Below, piece by piece: positions 9,224 through 19,130 of a stretch of DNA of 59,835 bases. Source of the DNA: Pseudomonadota bacterium (GTDB lineage: Bacteria > Desulfobacterota > Desulfarculia > Adiutricales > JAGVGV01). The notes under the pieces are model-generated. The model saw only the letters and a list, made by a program, of their open reading frames with translations, made no database searches and was not told the origin of the DNA. Both the position numbers and the translations under genes were made by a program. The DNA lies in contig JAHJTB010000365.1 in assembly GCA_018830135.1 (NCBI GenBank), forward strand, positions 1-59,835, written 5' to 3'. Position 1 is the stretch's first letter. Each line of letters starts with the position of its first letter.

Positions 9224-10111
9224 ATGACGGACAAGACCGTGGAACGGGTCGGGGGCGTGGAGCGGTTTTTCGAGGAGCATTTTTTCACCGAAGAGCCTTT
9301 CTACCTGCCGATCAGCGACGAGATGGAGATATTCCGCACGGCCTATTCATTGCGGATGCCCGTGCTGTTGAAGGGGCCGACCGGCTGCGGGAAGACCCGG
9401 TTTCTGGAGTACATGGCCTATACGCTTCAGCGGGAGCGTCTGGAGGCCGGGCTGGAATCGATGGACAGTCTGACTTCGCCCCTGATCACCGTGGCCTGTC
9501 ACGAGGATTTGAGCGCGAGCGATCTGATCGGCCGGTATCTGCTGGTGGGTGACGAGACGGTCTGGATCGACGGGCCGCTGACGCGAGCGGTCAAGATCGG
9601 GAGCATCTGCTACATGGACGAGGTGGTCGAGGCCCGGAAGGACACGACGGTTCTGATCCATCCGCTTTCCGACTACCGGCGGATTCTGCCCATCGAGAAG
9701 AAGGGTCAGATGATCGAGGCCCACGAGAACTTTCTGCTGGTGATTTCCTACAATCCCGGGTATCAGAGCGTGCTCAAGAACCTCAAGCACAGCACGCGCC
9801 AGCGTTTTCTGGCCATCGAGTTCGATTATCCGCCCAAGGACCTTGAGTCCCGGATCGTGGCCCATGAGAGCGGGGTGGACGATTCGACGTCCGAGGCCCT
9901 GGCCCTGCTGGCCGAGAAGGTGCGCCATCTTCGGGAGCACGGGCTGGACGAGGGCGTGAGCACGCGCCTGCTGATCTACGCGGGCAAACTGATCGTCTCC
10001 GGAATTTCGCCCCGCCGGGCCTGCGAGCTGTCCGTGGCCAAGTCCATCACCGACGATCGGCAGACGGAACGGGCGGTCACGGAGATCATCCGCAGCATAT
10101 TCGAGGCATGA
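9224..10111 (+). CDS. CbbQ/NirQ/NorQ family MoxR AAA+ ATPase
   Basis: Walker [24 protein letters not shown], Walker [26 protein letters not shown]. Confidence 0.93.
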   Translation: MTDKTVERVGGVERFFEEHFFTEEPFYLPISDEMEIFRTAYSLRMPVLLKGPTGCGKTRFLEYMAYTLQRERLEAGLESMDSLTSPLITVACHEDLSASDLIGRYLLVGDETVWIDGPLTRAVKIGSICYMDEVVEARKDTTVLIHPLSDYRRILPIEKKGQMIEAHENFLLVISYNPGYQSVLKNLKHSTRQRFLAIEFDYPPKDLESRIVAHESGVDDSTSEALALLAEKVRHLREHGLDEGVSTRLLIYAGKLIVSGISPRRACELSVAKSITDDRQTERAVTEIIRSIFEA

Positions 10112-12699
10112 AGTTTCGAGGCCGACCCGAACCCCAGGTGACGGCCGAACGGCTGGCCGAGGCGGCCCGTCCGTTCGTCGAGCCGGTGCGGTCCAGCCTG
10201 GTGCGTTTCCTGGGCCGGGTTTTCGACTCGGACCCCCGGGCGGCGTTGCGTTGCGCGGACAACGCCGCCGGGGTGCTGGGCGGGCTGAGTCTTGCGCAGC
10301 GCCGGCTGTTTCTGTCCCGGGCCGAGGCCATGGCTGAACGGACCGTGATCGCGACCGAGTTTTTCTGCCGGGGGTCCGAGCCCCTGTGTTTCCTGAACGA
10401 GTCGGAGTATCAGGCCTGGATCGACGAGGGCCTGGCCCTGGGCGCGGACAACCCCGGGGCGGCGGCAGCCTTTTTCCGTCAGGAGTCGCAGGCCGGGATG
10501 GCGGCCCTGAGCCGGCGGCGCCAGTCGGTTCATCTGGGGGACGTGAGCCGGATTCTTCAGCTTTACTGCACGGCCATTTCCGGAAAGAAGGTCGGGGTCA
10601 AGAGCGTGGGCGAGGCGCCCGACGAGCTGATCCGGGACCGGCGGCCTTTTCCCCTGACCGACGGCAAGACGGTGTTTTTGCCTGAAACCGTGAAGCGGTA
10701 TGCGGCCTGGGAGGACAACTTCGAGTCCTACAAGGTCCTGGCCGCCCACCAGGCCGGGTATCTCGAGTTCGGGACCTTCGATCTGGACCTGGACCGTCTG
10801 CGGGAGCGGCCGGAAGCCGAGGGCCTGGCCTGGGACCGGGCCGAACGCTACGCCCTGGCCTCCCACTACGAGCTTTTTTTCCAGCTTTTCGACGATCCGG
10901 TCCTGGCCCGCGACGTTTTTTTCGCCGTGGAGGACGGCCGGATAGACTTTCTGCTTCGCCGCAAGTACCGGGGGCTGGTCCGGGCCCTGGACCGGGCCGA
11001 GCGCGAGGCCCTGGCCGACCGGCCCGACCTCGAAGGTCTGCCTTTTCGGGAGGCCCTGGTCGAGATATTGATCCGTTTTTCCCTGGGCGGTCCGCCGGAC
11101 GAGGCCGTGGCCGGGGAAGCGAGGGGCCTGGCGGCCGAAACGACGGGGATCATGTCGGGCGTGTTCCGGCCGGATGCCGACGTGATTGATTCGGCGGCGG
11201 CCGCGGTCCGCATCTGCCTGCTTCTGGGGCCGGCCCGCAACCTGGCCCGGGTTTCGTCCCCCGGCGCGGCCGCCCGGGCGGCCGAGCAGGCGGCCGGCCT
11301 GGCCAGCCCGGGTTCGGACCTGCCCGGCGAGGAAGACCTGCCCTACCTTCCGGCCCAGCCGGTGGACTTCCGGGGGCAGACCAGCCCGGACCTGGTCCAG
11401 TTCGAACTGGCCGTCGAGATGCTCCAGGACTCGGCTCCGCCCGGAGACGGGGAGGGCGTGCCCCTGTCCAAGGAACTTCTGGAAGAACTGATGAAGCGGG
11501 GGGCCAAGATCAAGATCAGCCAGATGACGGCCAAGGAGCTGGCCGACGCCCAGGGCCTGTTCGTGACCGATCTCCAGGGGCTGATGCAGGAGAAGATCAA
11601 GAGCCTGTCTCCGGAAGACAAAAAAAGGCTGGCCCGCCTGCTCCAGAAGGCCCAGCCCCTCAAGTCGGACCCGGCCGACGGCCCCCGGGTCTTCTACTAC
11701 GACGAATGGGACTACCTGATCGGCGATTACCGGCCGCATTGGTGCAAGCTGCGGGAGATCACGGTCGAAGGGGAGTCCAGCGAGATCGTCAACCGCATCC
11801 AGAAGGAACGGGCCGCCCTGATCCATCAGGTCCGCCGGCATTTCCAGCGCATCCGGCCGGAGATGCTTCACCGGGTCAATCGTCTGCCCAGCGGCGAGGA
11901 CGTGGAACTCAACGCGGCCATCGAGGCGGTCATCGACCGCCGGGCCGGGCTGACGCCTTCCGAGCGCATCTACCAGCAGCGGGACCGAAGGCGCCGGGAC
12001 GTGGCCACCGCCTTTCTCCTGGACCTGAGCGCTTCGACCAACGAGTTCATCGAGGACGAACCCGGGGCCCTGGGCAAGGCCCGCGAGGCCATGCTGGACA
12101 ACCGTCTGGACGAGTACATGGGACGGGCTTCGGTGGGGCCCGTCGAGCCGTTGTCCGAGCCCCGGCCCAGCCAGCGGGTCATCGACGTGGAACGGGAGGC
12201 CCTGGTCATCATGGCCGAGGCCCTCGAGAGCCTGGGCGACGAGTATGCCATTTACGGTTTTTCCGGGTACGGCCGGGACAACGTCGAGTTCGTCACGGTC
12301 AAGGACTTTTCGGAGCGGTATTCGGAGCGGGCCCGGTGCCGGATCGGGGCGCTCAAGTCCCGGACCAGCACGCGCATGGGCCCGGCCATCCGGCACACCC
12401 TGGACAAGCTGGACGGGACCGGCTGCCGGCTCAAGGTCATGATCCTGCTCAGCGACGGGTACCCCCAGGACTACGACTACGGGCCGGACCGCATGAGCCG
12501 GGACTACGGGCTGCACGACACCATGGTCGCCCTGCGGGAGGCCCGCCGCCGGAACATCCACACCTTTCTGGTCACGGTGGACCAGGCGGGCAACGACTAC
12601 CTGCAGGAGATGTGCGCCGGCGAGAACTACCTGGTGGTCAAGCGGCCCAGCGCCCTGCCCCGGATTCTGCCCCAGGTCTACCGGGGGCTGACCGCGTGA
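10108..12699 (+). CDS. CbbO/NorD-like VWA-domain adaptor protein
   Basis: [19 protein letters not shown]...[32 protein letters not shown]; 4-bp overlap with the ATPase gene. Confidence 0.9.
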   Translation: MKFRGRPEPQVTAERLAEAARPFVEPVRSSLVRFLGRVFDSDPRAALRCADNAAGVLGGLSLAQRRLFLSRAEAMAERTVIATEFFCRGSEPLCFLNESEYQAWIDEGLALGADNPGAAAAFFRQESQAGMAALSRRRQSVHLGDVSRILQLYCTAISGKKVGVKSVGEAPDELIRDRRPFPLTDGKTVFLPETVKRYAAWEDNFESYKVLAAHQAGYLEFGTFDLDLDRLRERPEAEGLAWDRAERYALASHYELFFQLFDDPVLARDVFFAVEDGRIDFLLRRKYRGLVRALDRAEREALADRPDLEGLPFREALVEILIRFSLGGPPDEAVAGEARGLAAETTGIMSGVFRPDADVIDSAAAAVRICLLLGPARNLARVSSPGAAARAAEQAAGLASPGSDLPGEEDLPYLPAQPVDFRGQTSPDLVQFELAVEMLQDSAPPGDGEGVPLSKELLEELMKRGAKIKISQMTAKELADAQGLFVTDLQGLMQEKIKSLSPEDKKRLARLLQKAQPLKSDPADGPRVFYYDEWDYLIGDYRPHWCKLREITVEGESSEIVNRIQKERAALIHQVRRHFQRIRPEMLHRVNRLPSGEDVELNAAIEAVIDRRAGLTPSERIYQQRDRRRRDVATAFLLDLSASTNEFIEDEPGALGKAREAMLDNRLDEYMGRASVGPVEPLSEPRPSQRVIDVEREALVIMAEALESLGDEYAIYGFSGYGRDNVEFVTVKDFSERYSERARCRIGALKSRTSTRMGPAIRHTLDKLDGTGCRLKVMILLSDGYPQDYDYGPDRMSRDYGLHDTMVALREARRRNIHTFLVTVDQAGNDYLQEMCAGENYLVVKRPSALPRILPQVYRGLTA

Positions 12700-13178
12700 G
12701 TCCGAAGCCGAAGGACCGGGGCATCATGGTGGCCGTGGGCGCGGTCATCCGGGACGAGGCCGGCCGGGTGCTCGTGGTCCGGCACAAGCCGGAACGCAAG
12801 GGCTACTGGCAAGGCTTGTGGATCTGCCCCGGCGGGCGTCTCGAACCCGACGAAACCATGGCCCAGGGCGTGTTGCGGGAGGTCAAGGAAGAGACGCATC
12901 TCGATGTGGTCCTGGAACGGATGCTGCCGCCTTTCGAGACCGTGGTCCGGCGCGACGGAGAGTTGACGCTCCACGTGGTCTATATCGACTATCTGGCCGA
13001 AGCGGTCGACGGCCGCCTCGAGCCGGACGACGACGTGGGCGAGGCGGAATGGTGGGACGTCGAGACCCTGGCCGAGCGCTGGGAGGAGCTTCACGCCGAC
13101 ACCCGGCGCCTGATGGCCCTGGCCGGGTACGAGGCCGGCCCGTTCGAGGCCGGGGTCAGCCGCGTCGATGAAGGCTGA
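12696..13178 (+). CDS. NUDIX hydrolase
   Basis: Nudix box GGRLEPDETMAQGVLREVKEETHL; GTG start overlaps the stop of the VWA gene (GTGA). Confidence 0.88.
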   Translation: MSPKPKDRGIMVAVGAVIRDEAGRVLVVRHKPERKGYWQGLWICPGGRLEPDETMAQGVLREVKEETHLDVVLERMLPPFETVVRRDGELTLHVVYIDYLAEAVDGRLEPDDDVGEAEWWDVETLAERWEELHADTRRLMALAGYEAGPFEAGVSRVDEG

Positions 13179-13181
13179 CCG

Positions 13182-13859
13182 CTAGGAAACGATCGCCCGC
13201 ATGATCTCCGCGTCGAACGGTTTGCCGTGGCCGGGATAGACCTTTTTCGCGCCCATGTCCAGCAGCCTTCGCCAGCTTTGTTTGAGCAGTTCCCGGTCGT
13301 ATCCCAGAACCGGCAGCCCGGGTCGGAGGACCATGGGGAAGGCGCTCATGGCCGCGTCGCCCACGATGGCCCGGCCGTCTTCGAGCAGGACGCCGACGGA
13401 GCCGGGCGAGTGGCCCGGCATGTGGACGATCCGGCCGGCCACGCCCCAGCCGTCCAGCGTCAGGCCCTCGTCCTCGATCACGGTCCCGACCGGGGCGGGC
13501 GGAAAGTTGACCAGGGGCAGGAGCATGGTCCCGATACGGTTGATGACCCGGCCCCAGCCGGTCAGGCCCGGGGGCATGTGTTTTTCCGCCTTTTCGAGCC
13601 AGTCCTTTTCCCGGGCATGCATGGCGATGTCAGCCCCGGTCCGGTCCCGGACCTCGGCGGCCGAACCGACGTGGTCCCAATGCCCGTGGGTGATGACGAT
13701 CAGTTTCACCTGATCCGGCCTTAGACCGACCGCTTCGATCTTTTTGAAAATTTCGTCCCCGTTTTTCGGACCGCCCGTGTCCACGAGCAGGGCGCCTTCG
13801 TCCCGCACCAGATAGGCGTTGACCGAACCAAGGGCAATGGTTAGAATCCGGGCGCTCAT
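13182..13859 (-). CDS. MBL-fold metallo-hydrolase
   Basis: THGHWDHVG, PGHSPG, GD, PGHG. Confidence 0.92.
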   Translation of the reverse strand: MSARILTIALGSVNAYLVRDEGALLVDTGGPKNGDEIFKKIEAVGLRPDQVKLIVITHGHWDHVGSAAEVRDRTGADIAMHAREKDWLEKAEKHMPPGLTGWGRVINRIGTMLLPLVNFPPAPVGTVIEDEGLTLDGWGVAGRIVHMPGHSPGSVGVLLEDGRAIVGDAAMSAFPMVLRPGLPVLGYDRELLKQSWRRLLDMGAKKVYPGHGKPFDAEIMRAIVS

Positions 13860-13925
13860 GACGAAACCTCCTTGGGGCCGGACCGGCCGCCAGCCGCGGC
13901 TTTGGAGCCGGGCAAATCCGCCCTG

Positions 13926-14333
13926 TTAGCCGGTTTCGCTCAGGTCGACGATCAGCAGGTGCCCGCGCCGGTCCACCGGATAGGTGTCCACCGGACCCTT
14001 GGCCGGGCCGGCCAGCTTGTCGCCGTGATAGTCGTACGTGGACTTGTTTACACTGCAGCACATCAGGTTCGGCTGCCCCGGCAAGGGGTCGAGGCGTCGG
14101 CCGGCATGAGTGCAGTGGTTGCGGAAGGCGTGATACTCGCCGTCCTCGCCGTGAACGATCAGGACCCGGACCGGCAGGCCCCGGCCTTCCAGGCGGACGG
14201 CCCCGCCCGGCTGTTCCAGTTCCTGGACACGGGGCAGTTCGATTTCCAACGAGCCCTGGGCATAGCGCCACGCCTCCGGAGCCGCCGGCGGCCGGGTCCG
14301 GCAGATTCCCAACAGTCTGGACAAGAAGCCCAT
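13926..14333 (-). CDS. Rieske-like (2Fe-2S) domain protein with an atypical second box
   Basis: NHCTHAG box 1, GPA..P..YPV tail; second box reads CCSVNKS; AGGAGG RBS. Confidence 0.75.
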   Translation of the reverse strand: MGFLSRLLGICRTRPPAAPEAWRYAQGSLEIELPRVQELEQPGGAVRLEGRGLPVRVLIVHGEDGEYHAFRNHCTHAGRRLDPLPGQPNLMCCSVNKSTYDYHGDKLAGPAKGPVDTYPVDRRGHLLIVDLSETG

Positions 14334-14488
14334 TTCTTCCTCCTGGCCTCACTCGCGATATTCGATTTTACGTAACTTTCTTTTTCTAATAAGGGATTCC
14401 GGTAAATGTCAAGGGGAAACGGGGCGGGGCGGAGAATCGTCAGAGAAATGCCGCGTTGAGCGGGCCGGGCTGTGCGTCCTGGTTGAGC

Positions 14489-14561
14489 GAGACTTGTGCG
14501 CCTCTGGCGCATTTATCAGCCTCCGGCTGATTGCTTCGTCGCCTGCTGCTCGCAAAGACGG
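14489..14561. repeat. Dispersed palindromic repeat (RPE/REP-like), copy 1
   Basis: 14511-14544 ATTTATCAGCCTCCGGCTGATTGCTTCGTCGCCT is 33/34 identical to 30019-30052; flanks GAGACTTGT and GCAA.GACGG also shared. Confidence 0.75.
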
Positions 14562-14595
14562 TGCTGTTTGGGTAAAGAGAATTATTCAAGGGGGC

Positions 14596-14645
14596 TTGAC
14601 AGACCGGGGGTCAGGCTGTACATTGAAACTAAACATCGTTCAGTT
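14596..14645 (+). promoter_or_regulatory. sigma70-type promoter with a TetR-like operator just downstream
   Basis: TTGACA-17 bp-TACATT followed by the palindrome AACTAAACATCGTTCAGTT (14627-14645); second copy at 14809-14827. Confidence 0.6.
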
Positions 14646-14667
14646 ATTGAGGGAGGCAACAACCGTC

Positions 14668-14814
14668 ATGAGTCGGCCAAGGGACAACAGGAGGGAAGGT
14701 ATCCGATCCCGGCTGGCCGCCGATACGCGTCTTGGCCGACCGGGTTTTTGTAATCAACCCGCGGTTCCGGGTGAGGGAAATGGCAGGGGCCCGTTTTTTT
14801 CGTCCAAAAACTAA
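14668..14814 (+). pseudogene. Possible remnant of a TetR-type regulator N-terminus
   Basis: Strong GAGGGAGG RBS, MSRPRDNRREGI start resembles TetR N-termini; only 48 codons and no HTH. Confidence 0.3.
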
Positions 14815-14840
14815 ACACCGTTTATTTATGGAGGTGGCAA

Positions 14841-15707
14841 ATGTCGAAATATTTGAAATATTTGAAAATCGCTGCCATTGCCCTGGCGATTCCTCTGGCC
14901 GTGGGAGCCGGGTTCGTTCTGTATTCTTCATACCGGACGGAAGCGACCCTCGATGCGCATCGGGAAAAAGTGAAAGACATGGGGCGAGCCGCGTCTTCCC
15001 CGGTGTACGTCCCAGGCATGGCCGATCAGCTCCCGGCTCCGGTGGCCCGGTACTTTGCCTTTGTCTTCCCCGAACCGCCCAGACCGATCAATTACGTGGC
15101 CATGGAGATGGCCGGGAAGTTTCGGCGTCCGCGAACCGAAGGCTTTGCGCCCACCACGGCGACCCAGGTCGCTTCGGTCGGCAGGCCCTCCCTGGTGTTT
15201 GCGGCCAATACATCGGTTCTGCCGGGACTCTGGGCGGTCGCCTACGATGCGTATATCGACGGGCGCATGGAAATGAAGGCGAAAATTCTATCCACGCTGA
15301 CCGTGGTCGACGAGTACGACAAGCCGTCCCTCAACAAGAGTTCATTGCGCAGATGGCTGATCGAGAGTCCGCTTTATCCGTCGGCGCTGTTACCCGGCGG
15401 GCCGGTTCAATGGGAGCCGATCGACGAGAATCGCGCCCGGGCTCATGTATCGGCCTATGGCATCGAGACGTCCGTGGTTGCCGTGTTCGGACCGGACGGC
15501 AGTCTGCGGCGCTTTGACGCCGAGGAGGACGGCGACCTCGGCACTCCGTACCATGGGTCCGGCGAGCATGTCCTGCGTGGTGATTACCAGCGAATTTCGG
15601 GCATGATGATTCCCCTGTCGTTCACCATTGCCCGCGCGGCCGCCGGCCGGATATATCCCTTCTGGATCGGCAAGATCAAATCGATCGAGTTTGACTTCAA
15701 GCATTGA
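14841..15707 (+). CDS. DUF6544-like protein with an N-terminal membrane anchor
   Basis: N-terminal hydrophobic helix; LPAPVARYF, YDAYIDG, LRRWLIESPLYPSALLP, WEPID, YQRISGMMIP; GGAGG RBS. Confidence 0.75.
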   Translation: MSKYLKYLKIAAIALAIPLAVGAGFVLYSSYRTEATLDAHREKVKDMGRAASSPVYVPGMADQLPAPVARYFAFVFPEPPRPINYVAMEMAGKFRRPRTEGFAPTTATQVASVGRPSLVFAANTSVLPGLWAVAYDAYIDGRMEMKAKILSTLTVVDEYDKPSLNKSSLRRWLIESPLYPSALLPGGPVQWEPIDENRARAHVSAYGIETSVVAVFGPDGSLRRFDAEEDGDLGTPYHGSGEHVLRGDYQRISGMMIPLSFTIARAAAGRIYPFWIGKIKSIEFDFKH

Positions 15708-15915
15708 ACTCCGGCTTGAGGTTGAACAAGGCCTCCCCTGGACGCCCCTGTAGGCCGGCCGCGGCATTGTTCACCGGCCGGGCCTCGGGGGCGATCATGT
15801 TGGCGTATGGTTACTGTGAAAAATATTTTGATATATGGATGTCTAAAATTATTTTATTCTAAAAGCCTGCACCTTACGGAATAAGGGGTTGAAGCAGAGC
15901 TTCAAGGCGATATGG

Positions 15916-15990
15916 CGTTCCCAAGCGGGAGCTTGGGAACGAGTGGAAAATACGCGGCAAAGATGTTGGGTTACGCTTCGCTAACCCAAC
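15916..15990. repeat. Two short REP-like palindromes
   Basis: CGTTCCCAAGC-GGGA-GCTTGGGAACG (15916-15941) and GTTGGGTTA-CGCTTCGC-TAACCCAAC (15965-15990) between convergent genes. Confidence 0.7.
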
Positions 15991-16031
15991 CGGCTGGACA
16001 GGGTTCCATCAATCCCGATCCACCACCCCCC

Positions 16032-17243
16032 CTAATCAAAAAACAGATGCTTGGACCATTCGACGGCCTCGATGTAGGCCTTGGGAAGCTGTTTTTCATC
16101 GACCCGCAGGGCGGCGGCCAGTTTGGCCACGGCCTCCCAGCGGCCTTTCTCGAAGGCCAGCATGGTTTCGTAGACCACGCGCATCTTGTTCCGGCCGCCC
16201 AGGAGGCCGGTCTTGATGTCGTCGCTGACGGGCAGTTCGTCCAGGATTTCCTTGAGGGGGCGATCGACGATGGCGTCGAGCATGGAGAACAGGCCCATCA
16301 TGAAAAAGTCCGAGGCCCGATTGCGCATGCCCATGAGCGGGGCGAGCTGTTCGCAGAACTTGGCCCGGATGAGGCTGGAGATGACGAGTTCGGCCGGTTT
16401 GTCCGAGGCCATGCCGTGGAGGGTCAGCAGCGAGGCCCATTTCCGGACCTCGTTTTCGCCCAGCAGGGCCAGGGCCTGTTTGATGGAGACGATCTTTTCC
16501 CGCAGTCCGAAGGCGGCCGAGTTGATGTATTTGAGCAGTTTGTAGGAGATGGAGACTTCGGTCTGGATGAGTTCGGCCAGTTTGTCGAAATCGACCTCCG
16601 GCGAGTTGATTTCCTTGAGGATGCGAAGGTACTGGAGTTTGAAGGACGGGACGTCCTTGCGGGAGACCACGACCGGTTTGGCGAAGAAGTAGCCCTGAAA
16701 GTATTCGTACCCCTGTTCCAAGGCGGTTTCGAAATCCTCCCGGGTCTCCACTTTTTCGGCCAGCATCTTGATGCCGCGAGGGATGAAGGTTTCAGCCAGC
16801 CTGCGCCGCTCGTCCGCGTCGGAGATCAAAAAGTCCACCTTGATGATGTCGGCCATTTCGAGCAGGGATTCGTACTTGGCGTCGTAGACGAAGTCGTCCA
16901 GGGCCAGGATGAAGCCCTGGTCCTTGAGTCGGCGGCAGGCGGAGAGGACCTCTTCGTCCGGTTCGACGTTCTCGAGGACCTCGACCACGGTCCACTGGTT
17001 GGGCAGCAGGCTGCCATAGCCTTTGAGCAGGACGCCCCGGGTGAAATTGATGAAGGCCTTGGCGCCCCCGGTCATCTCCTCGATGCCGAACAGGAGGAAG
17101 CTGTTGGCGATGACCCGGGATGAGGCCTCGTCCCCGTCGACGTGGTCGAAGAAGTTGTCCATGCTGGACCGAAACAGGAGTTCGTAGGCATATATGCTTT
17201 GCTTGCGGTCGAAGATCGGCTGTCTGGCGACGAACTGTTCCAT
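16032..17243 (-). CDS. EAL-HDOD c-di-GMP phosphodiesterase-like protein (YuxH/PdeH type)
   Basis: VARQPI, YELLFR, EVLE, LALDDF, AEKVET, FQGYFFAKP, then an HDOD region (SYKLLKYINSA). Confidence 0.92.
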   Translation of the reverse strand: MEQFVARQPIFDRKQSIYAYELLFRSSMDNFFDHVDGDEASSRVIANSFLLFGIEEMTGGAKAFINFTRGVLLKGYGSLLPNQWTVVEVLENVEPDEEVLSACRRLKDQGFILALDDFVYDAKYESLLEMADIIKVDFLISDADERRRLAETFIPRGIKMLAEKVETREDFETALEQGYEYFQGYFFAKPVVVSRKDVPSFKLQYLRILKEINSPEVDFDKLAELIQTEVSISYKLLKYINSAAFGLREKIVSIKQALALLGENEVRKWASLLTLHGMASDKPAELVISSLIRAKFCEQLAPLMGMRNRASDFFMMGLFSMLDAIVDRPLKEILDELPVSDDIKTGLLGGRNKMRVVYETMLAFEKGRWEAVAKLAAALRVDEKQLPKAYIEAVEWSKHLFFD

Positions 17244-17365
17244 GGCGCCCTCTGTGTATGGGAGTGGGTTCCGCGCTTCAATCCCGCACGGTGGACCGAA
17301 TTAATCTTATCGCATAACCCCGGATGCCGCAATCCGGGAAATAGCCGGTCCGGTTGGCCGGCTCC

Positions 17366-17395
17366 TTGACACCCCGCCGCGCATGGACTATACCT
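17366..17395 (+). promoter_or_regulatory. sigma70-type promoter for the DnaJ-class operon
   Basis: TTGACA-17 bp-TATACC. Confidence 0.5.
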
Positions 17396-17467
17396 TAAAC
17401 CAGCAAGTCGGAGGCGGAAGGGGGAGCGCCCCCTTTTTTCCGTTTGGGACTGAGGAAGCCACACAAA

Positions 17468-18421
17468 ATGGGCGAACGAGACTATTACGAGATTCTGGGC
17501 CTGGGCCGTCAGGCCAGCCCGGAAGAGATCAAGAAGGCGTACCGGCGCCTGGCGGTCAAGTATCATCCGGACCGCAACCCGGACGACAAGGCGGCCGAGG
17601 ACCAGTTCAAGGAACTCAGCGAGGCGTACGCCGTTCTGAGCGATCCGGAAAAGCGCAAGCAATACGACATGTACGGTCATTCCGGCTTTCAGCAGCAGTA
17701 CAGCCAGGAAGACATCTTCCGCAATTTCAACGCCGGGGACATGTTCAAGGAGTTCGGTTTCGGGAACGAGGATGTTTTTTCCCAGCTTTTCGGCGGGGGC
17801 CGGCGCAGGACCAGCCGGCCTTACGGGCGGGCCGGACGGGGCGGCGGGTACGGGGATTTTTTCGGTGAATTCGGCGGGGAACGGCACATGCCCCGGCGCA
17901 AGGGCGCGGACGTGGCCGTGGACCTGCACGTGTCGCTGGCCGAGGCGGTTTTCGGGACCGAGCGCCTGATCGCCTTCAACATGGAAGAGGGCGTGACCAA
18001 GATCACGGTCAAGGTCCCCCCCGGCATTGCCTCGGGCCGGAAGCTGCGTGTGAGCGGCAAGGGGCGGCCCAGCCACGAAGGGGGTCCTCCCGGAGACGTG
18101 CTGGTGACGGTTCGGGTCGATCCGAACCCCGGTTTTCAGCGGGAAGGGGACGACCTGAGCGTTGACGTCCGGGTCCGGCCCAGCCAGGCCCTGCTGGGGG
18201 CCAAGGTCCCGGTGGAAACGCTGGATGGCAAGACCCTCAACCTGACCATTCCGCCGGGCACCGCCAGCCAGACCCGCCTGAGGATTCCCGGTCATGGGGC
18301 CCCTCGCTTCAAGGGCGCCGGACGCGGCGATCTGTTCGTCCGGGTCCTTGTCACCGCGCCGGCCGACCTGACGGAGCGGCAGCGGGAGCTGCTGGAGGCC
18401 CTGGCCGAGGAAGGCCTGTAA
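17468..18421 (+). CDS. Class B DnaJ/CbpA-like co-chaperone (no zinc finger)
   Basis: DYYEILG...HPD J-domain, G/F-rich linker, C-terminal substrate-binding domains; no CxxCxGxG repeats. Confidence 0.93.
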   Translation: MGERDYYEILGLGRQASPEEIKKAYRRLAVKYHPDRNPDDKAAEDQFKELSEAYAVLSDPEKRKQYDMYGHSGFQQQYSQEDIFRNFNAGDMFKEFGFGNEDVFSQLFGGGRRRTSRPYGRAGRGGGYGDFFGEFGGERHMPRRKGADVAVDLHVSLAEAVFGTERLIAFNMEEGVTKITVKVPPGIASGRKLRVSGKGRPSHEGGPPGDVLVTVRVDPNPGFQREGDDLSVDVRVRPSQALLGAKVPVETLDGKTLNLTIPPGTASQTRLRIPGHGAPRFKGAGRGDLFVRVLVTAPADLTERQRELLEALAEEGL

Positions 18422-18437
18422 GGAGCCCCGGCCGGAC

Positions 18438-19106
18438 ATGGACGGTCTGCACCAAGCCGCCCTGGATTTGCGCTACCTGCTCGGTCGGGGCTACCCTCGG
18501 CCCGGGGCCTTGACCTTTGTCGGAAACCGCTATCAGCTCCCCCGCGAGGACCGGGATGTGCTGAACCGGGGCGTATATCCGACCGCCGAGGCCGCGGCCC
18601 GGCGGGCGAGGTTGAGGGGACCGGACGCGATCCGGGGGCGTTGTGTGGGGGTTGACGGACACAACGTTCTGATCACCCTGGAAAGCGCCCTGCTGGGCCG
18701 CCGTCTGATCCGGTGCGACGACGGACTGATCCGGGACGCGACCGGCGCGGCCGCGTCGTACCGGCCCTCGGAGACCACGGATTCGGCCCTGGACATGATC
18801 ATGGACTATCTGCGGGACCGGAGCGCGGGATCGGTGCTGTTTCTGCTGGACGCTCCCATGAGTTGCAGCGGAGAACTGGCGGCCCAGGTCCGGGCGGTCC
18901 TGGCTGGCCGAGGCATGATGGGGAGAGCCCGGGCCGCGGGGGACCCGGATTTCGAACTGGCGACCTTCTCCGGTCTGGTGGCCACCAGCGATTCGGTCCT
19001 GGTGGACCGGGCCGCCGAACCGCTGGACCTGGCCGGCTGCATCATCCGGGAGCGCATGCCGGAGGCGATTCTGGAGAGCCTGGACGGGCCGGGCGGGAGC
19101 GAATAA
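18438..19106 (+). CDS. DUF434-family protein (PIN/NYN-like fold suspected)
   Basis: LRYLLGRGY....LTFVGNRYQL, VDGHNVLITLE, CDDG.IRD, LDAPMSCSG, ATSDS motifs. Confidence 0.75.
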   Translation: MDGLHQAALDLRYLLGRGYPRPGALTFVGNRYQLPREDRDVLNRGVYPTAEAAARRARLRGPDAIRGRCVGVDGHNVLITLESALLGRRLIRCDDGLIRDATGAAASYRPSETTDSALDMIMDYLRDRSAGSVLFLLDAPMSCSGELAAQVRAVLAGRGMMGRARAAGDPDFELATFSGLVATSDSVLVDRAAEPLDLAGCIIRERMPEAILESLDGPGGSE

Positions 19107-19130
19107 GGTCCGGAAAAGAAAAAGCAATAT

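Noticed and set aside
9976-12561. Long antisense or alternate-frame ORFs (e.g. 9976-12561 minus, 23948-26116 plus, 6670-8250 plus, 32507-34102 plus, 44109-45671 minus)
   Set aside because: They shadow well-supported genes, lack family motifs and are expected in high-GC DNA with strong codon bias.
11706-12695. Apparent 490-aa NUDIX fusion in the ORF track
   Set aside because: The upstream part overlaps the VWA gene out of frame; the real gene most likely starts at GTG 12696.
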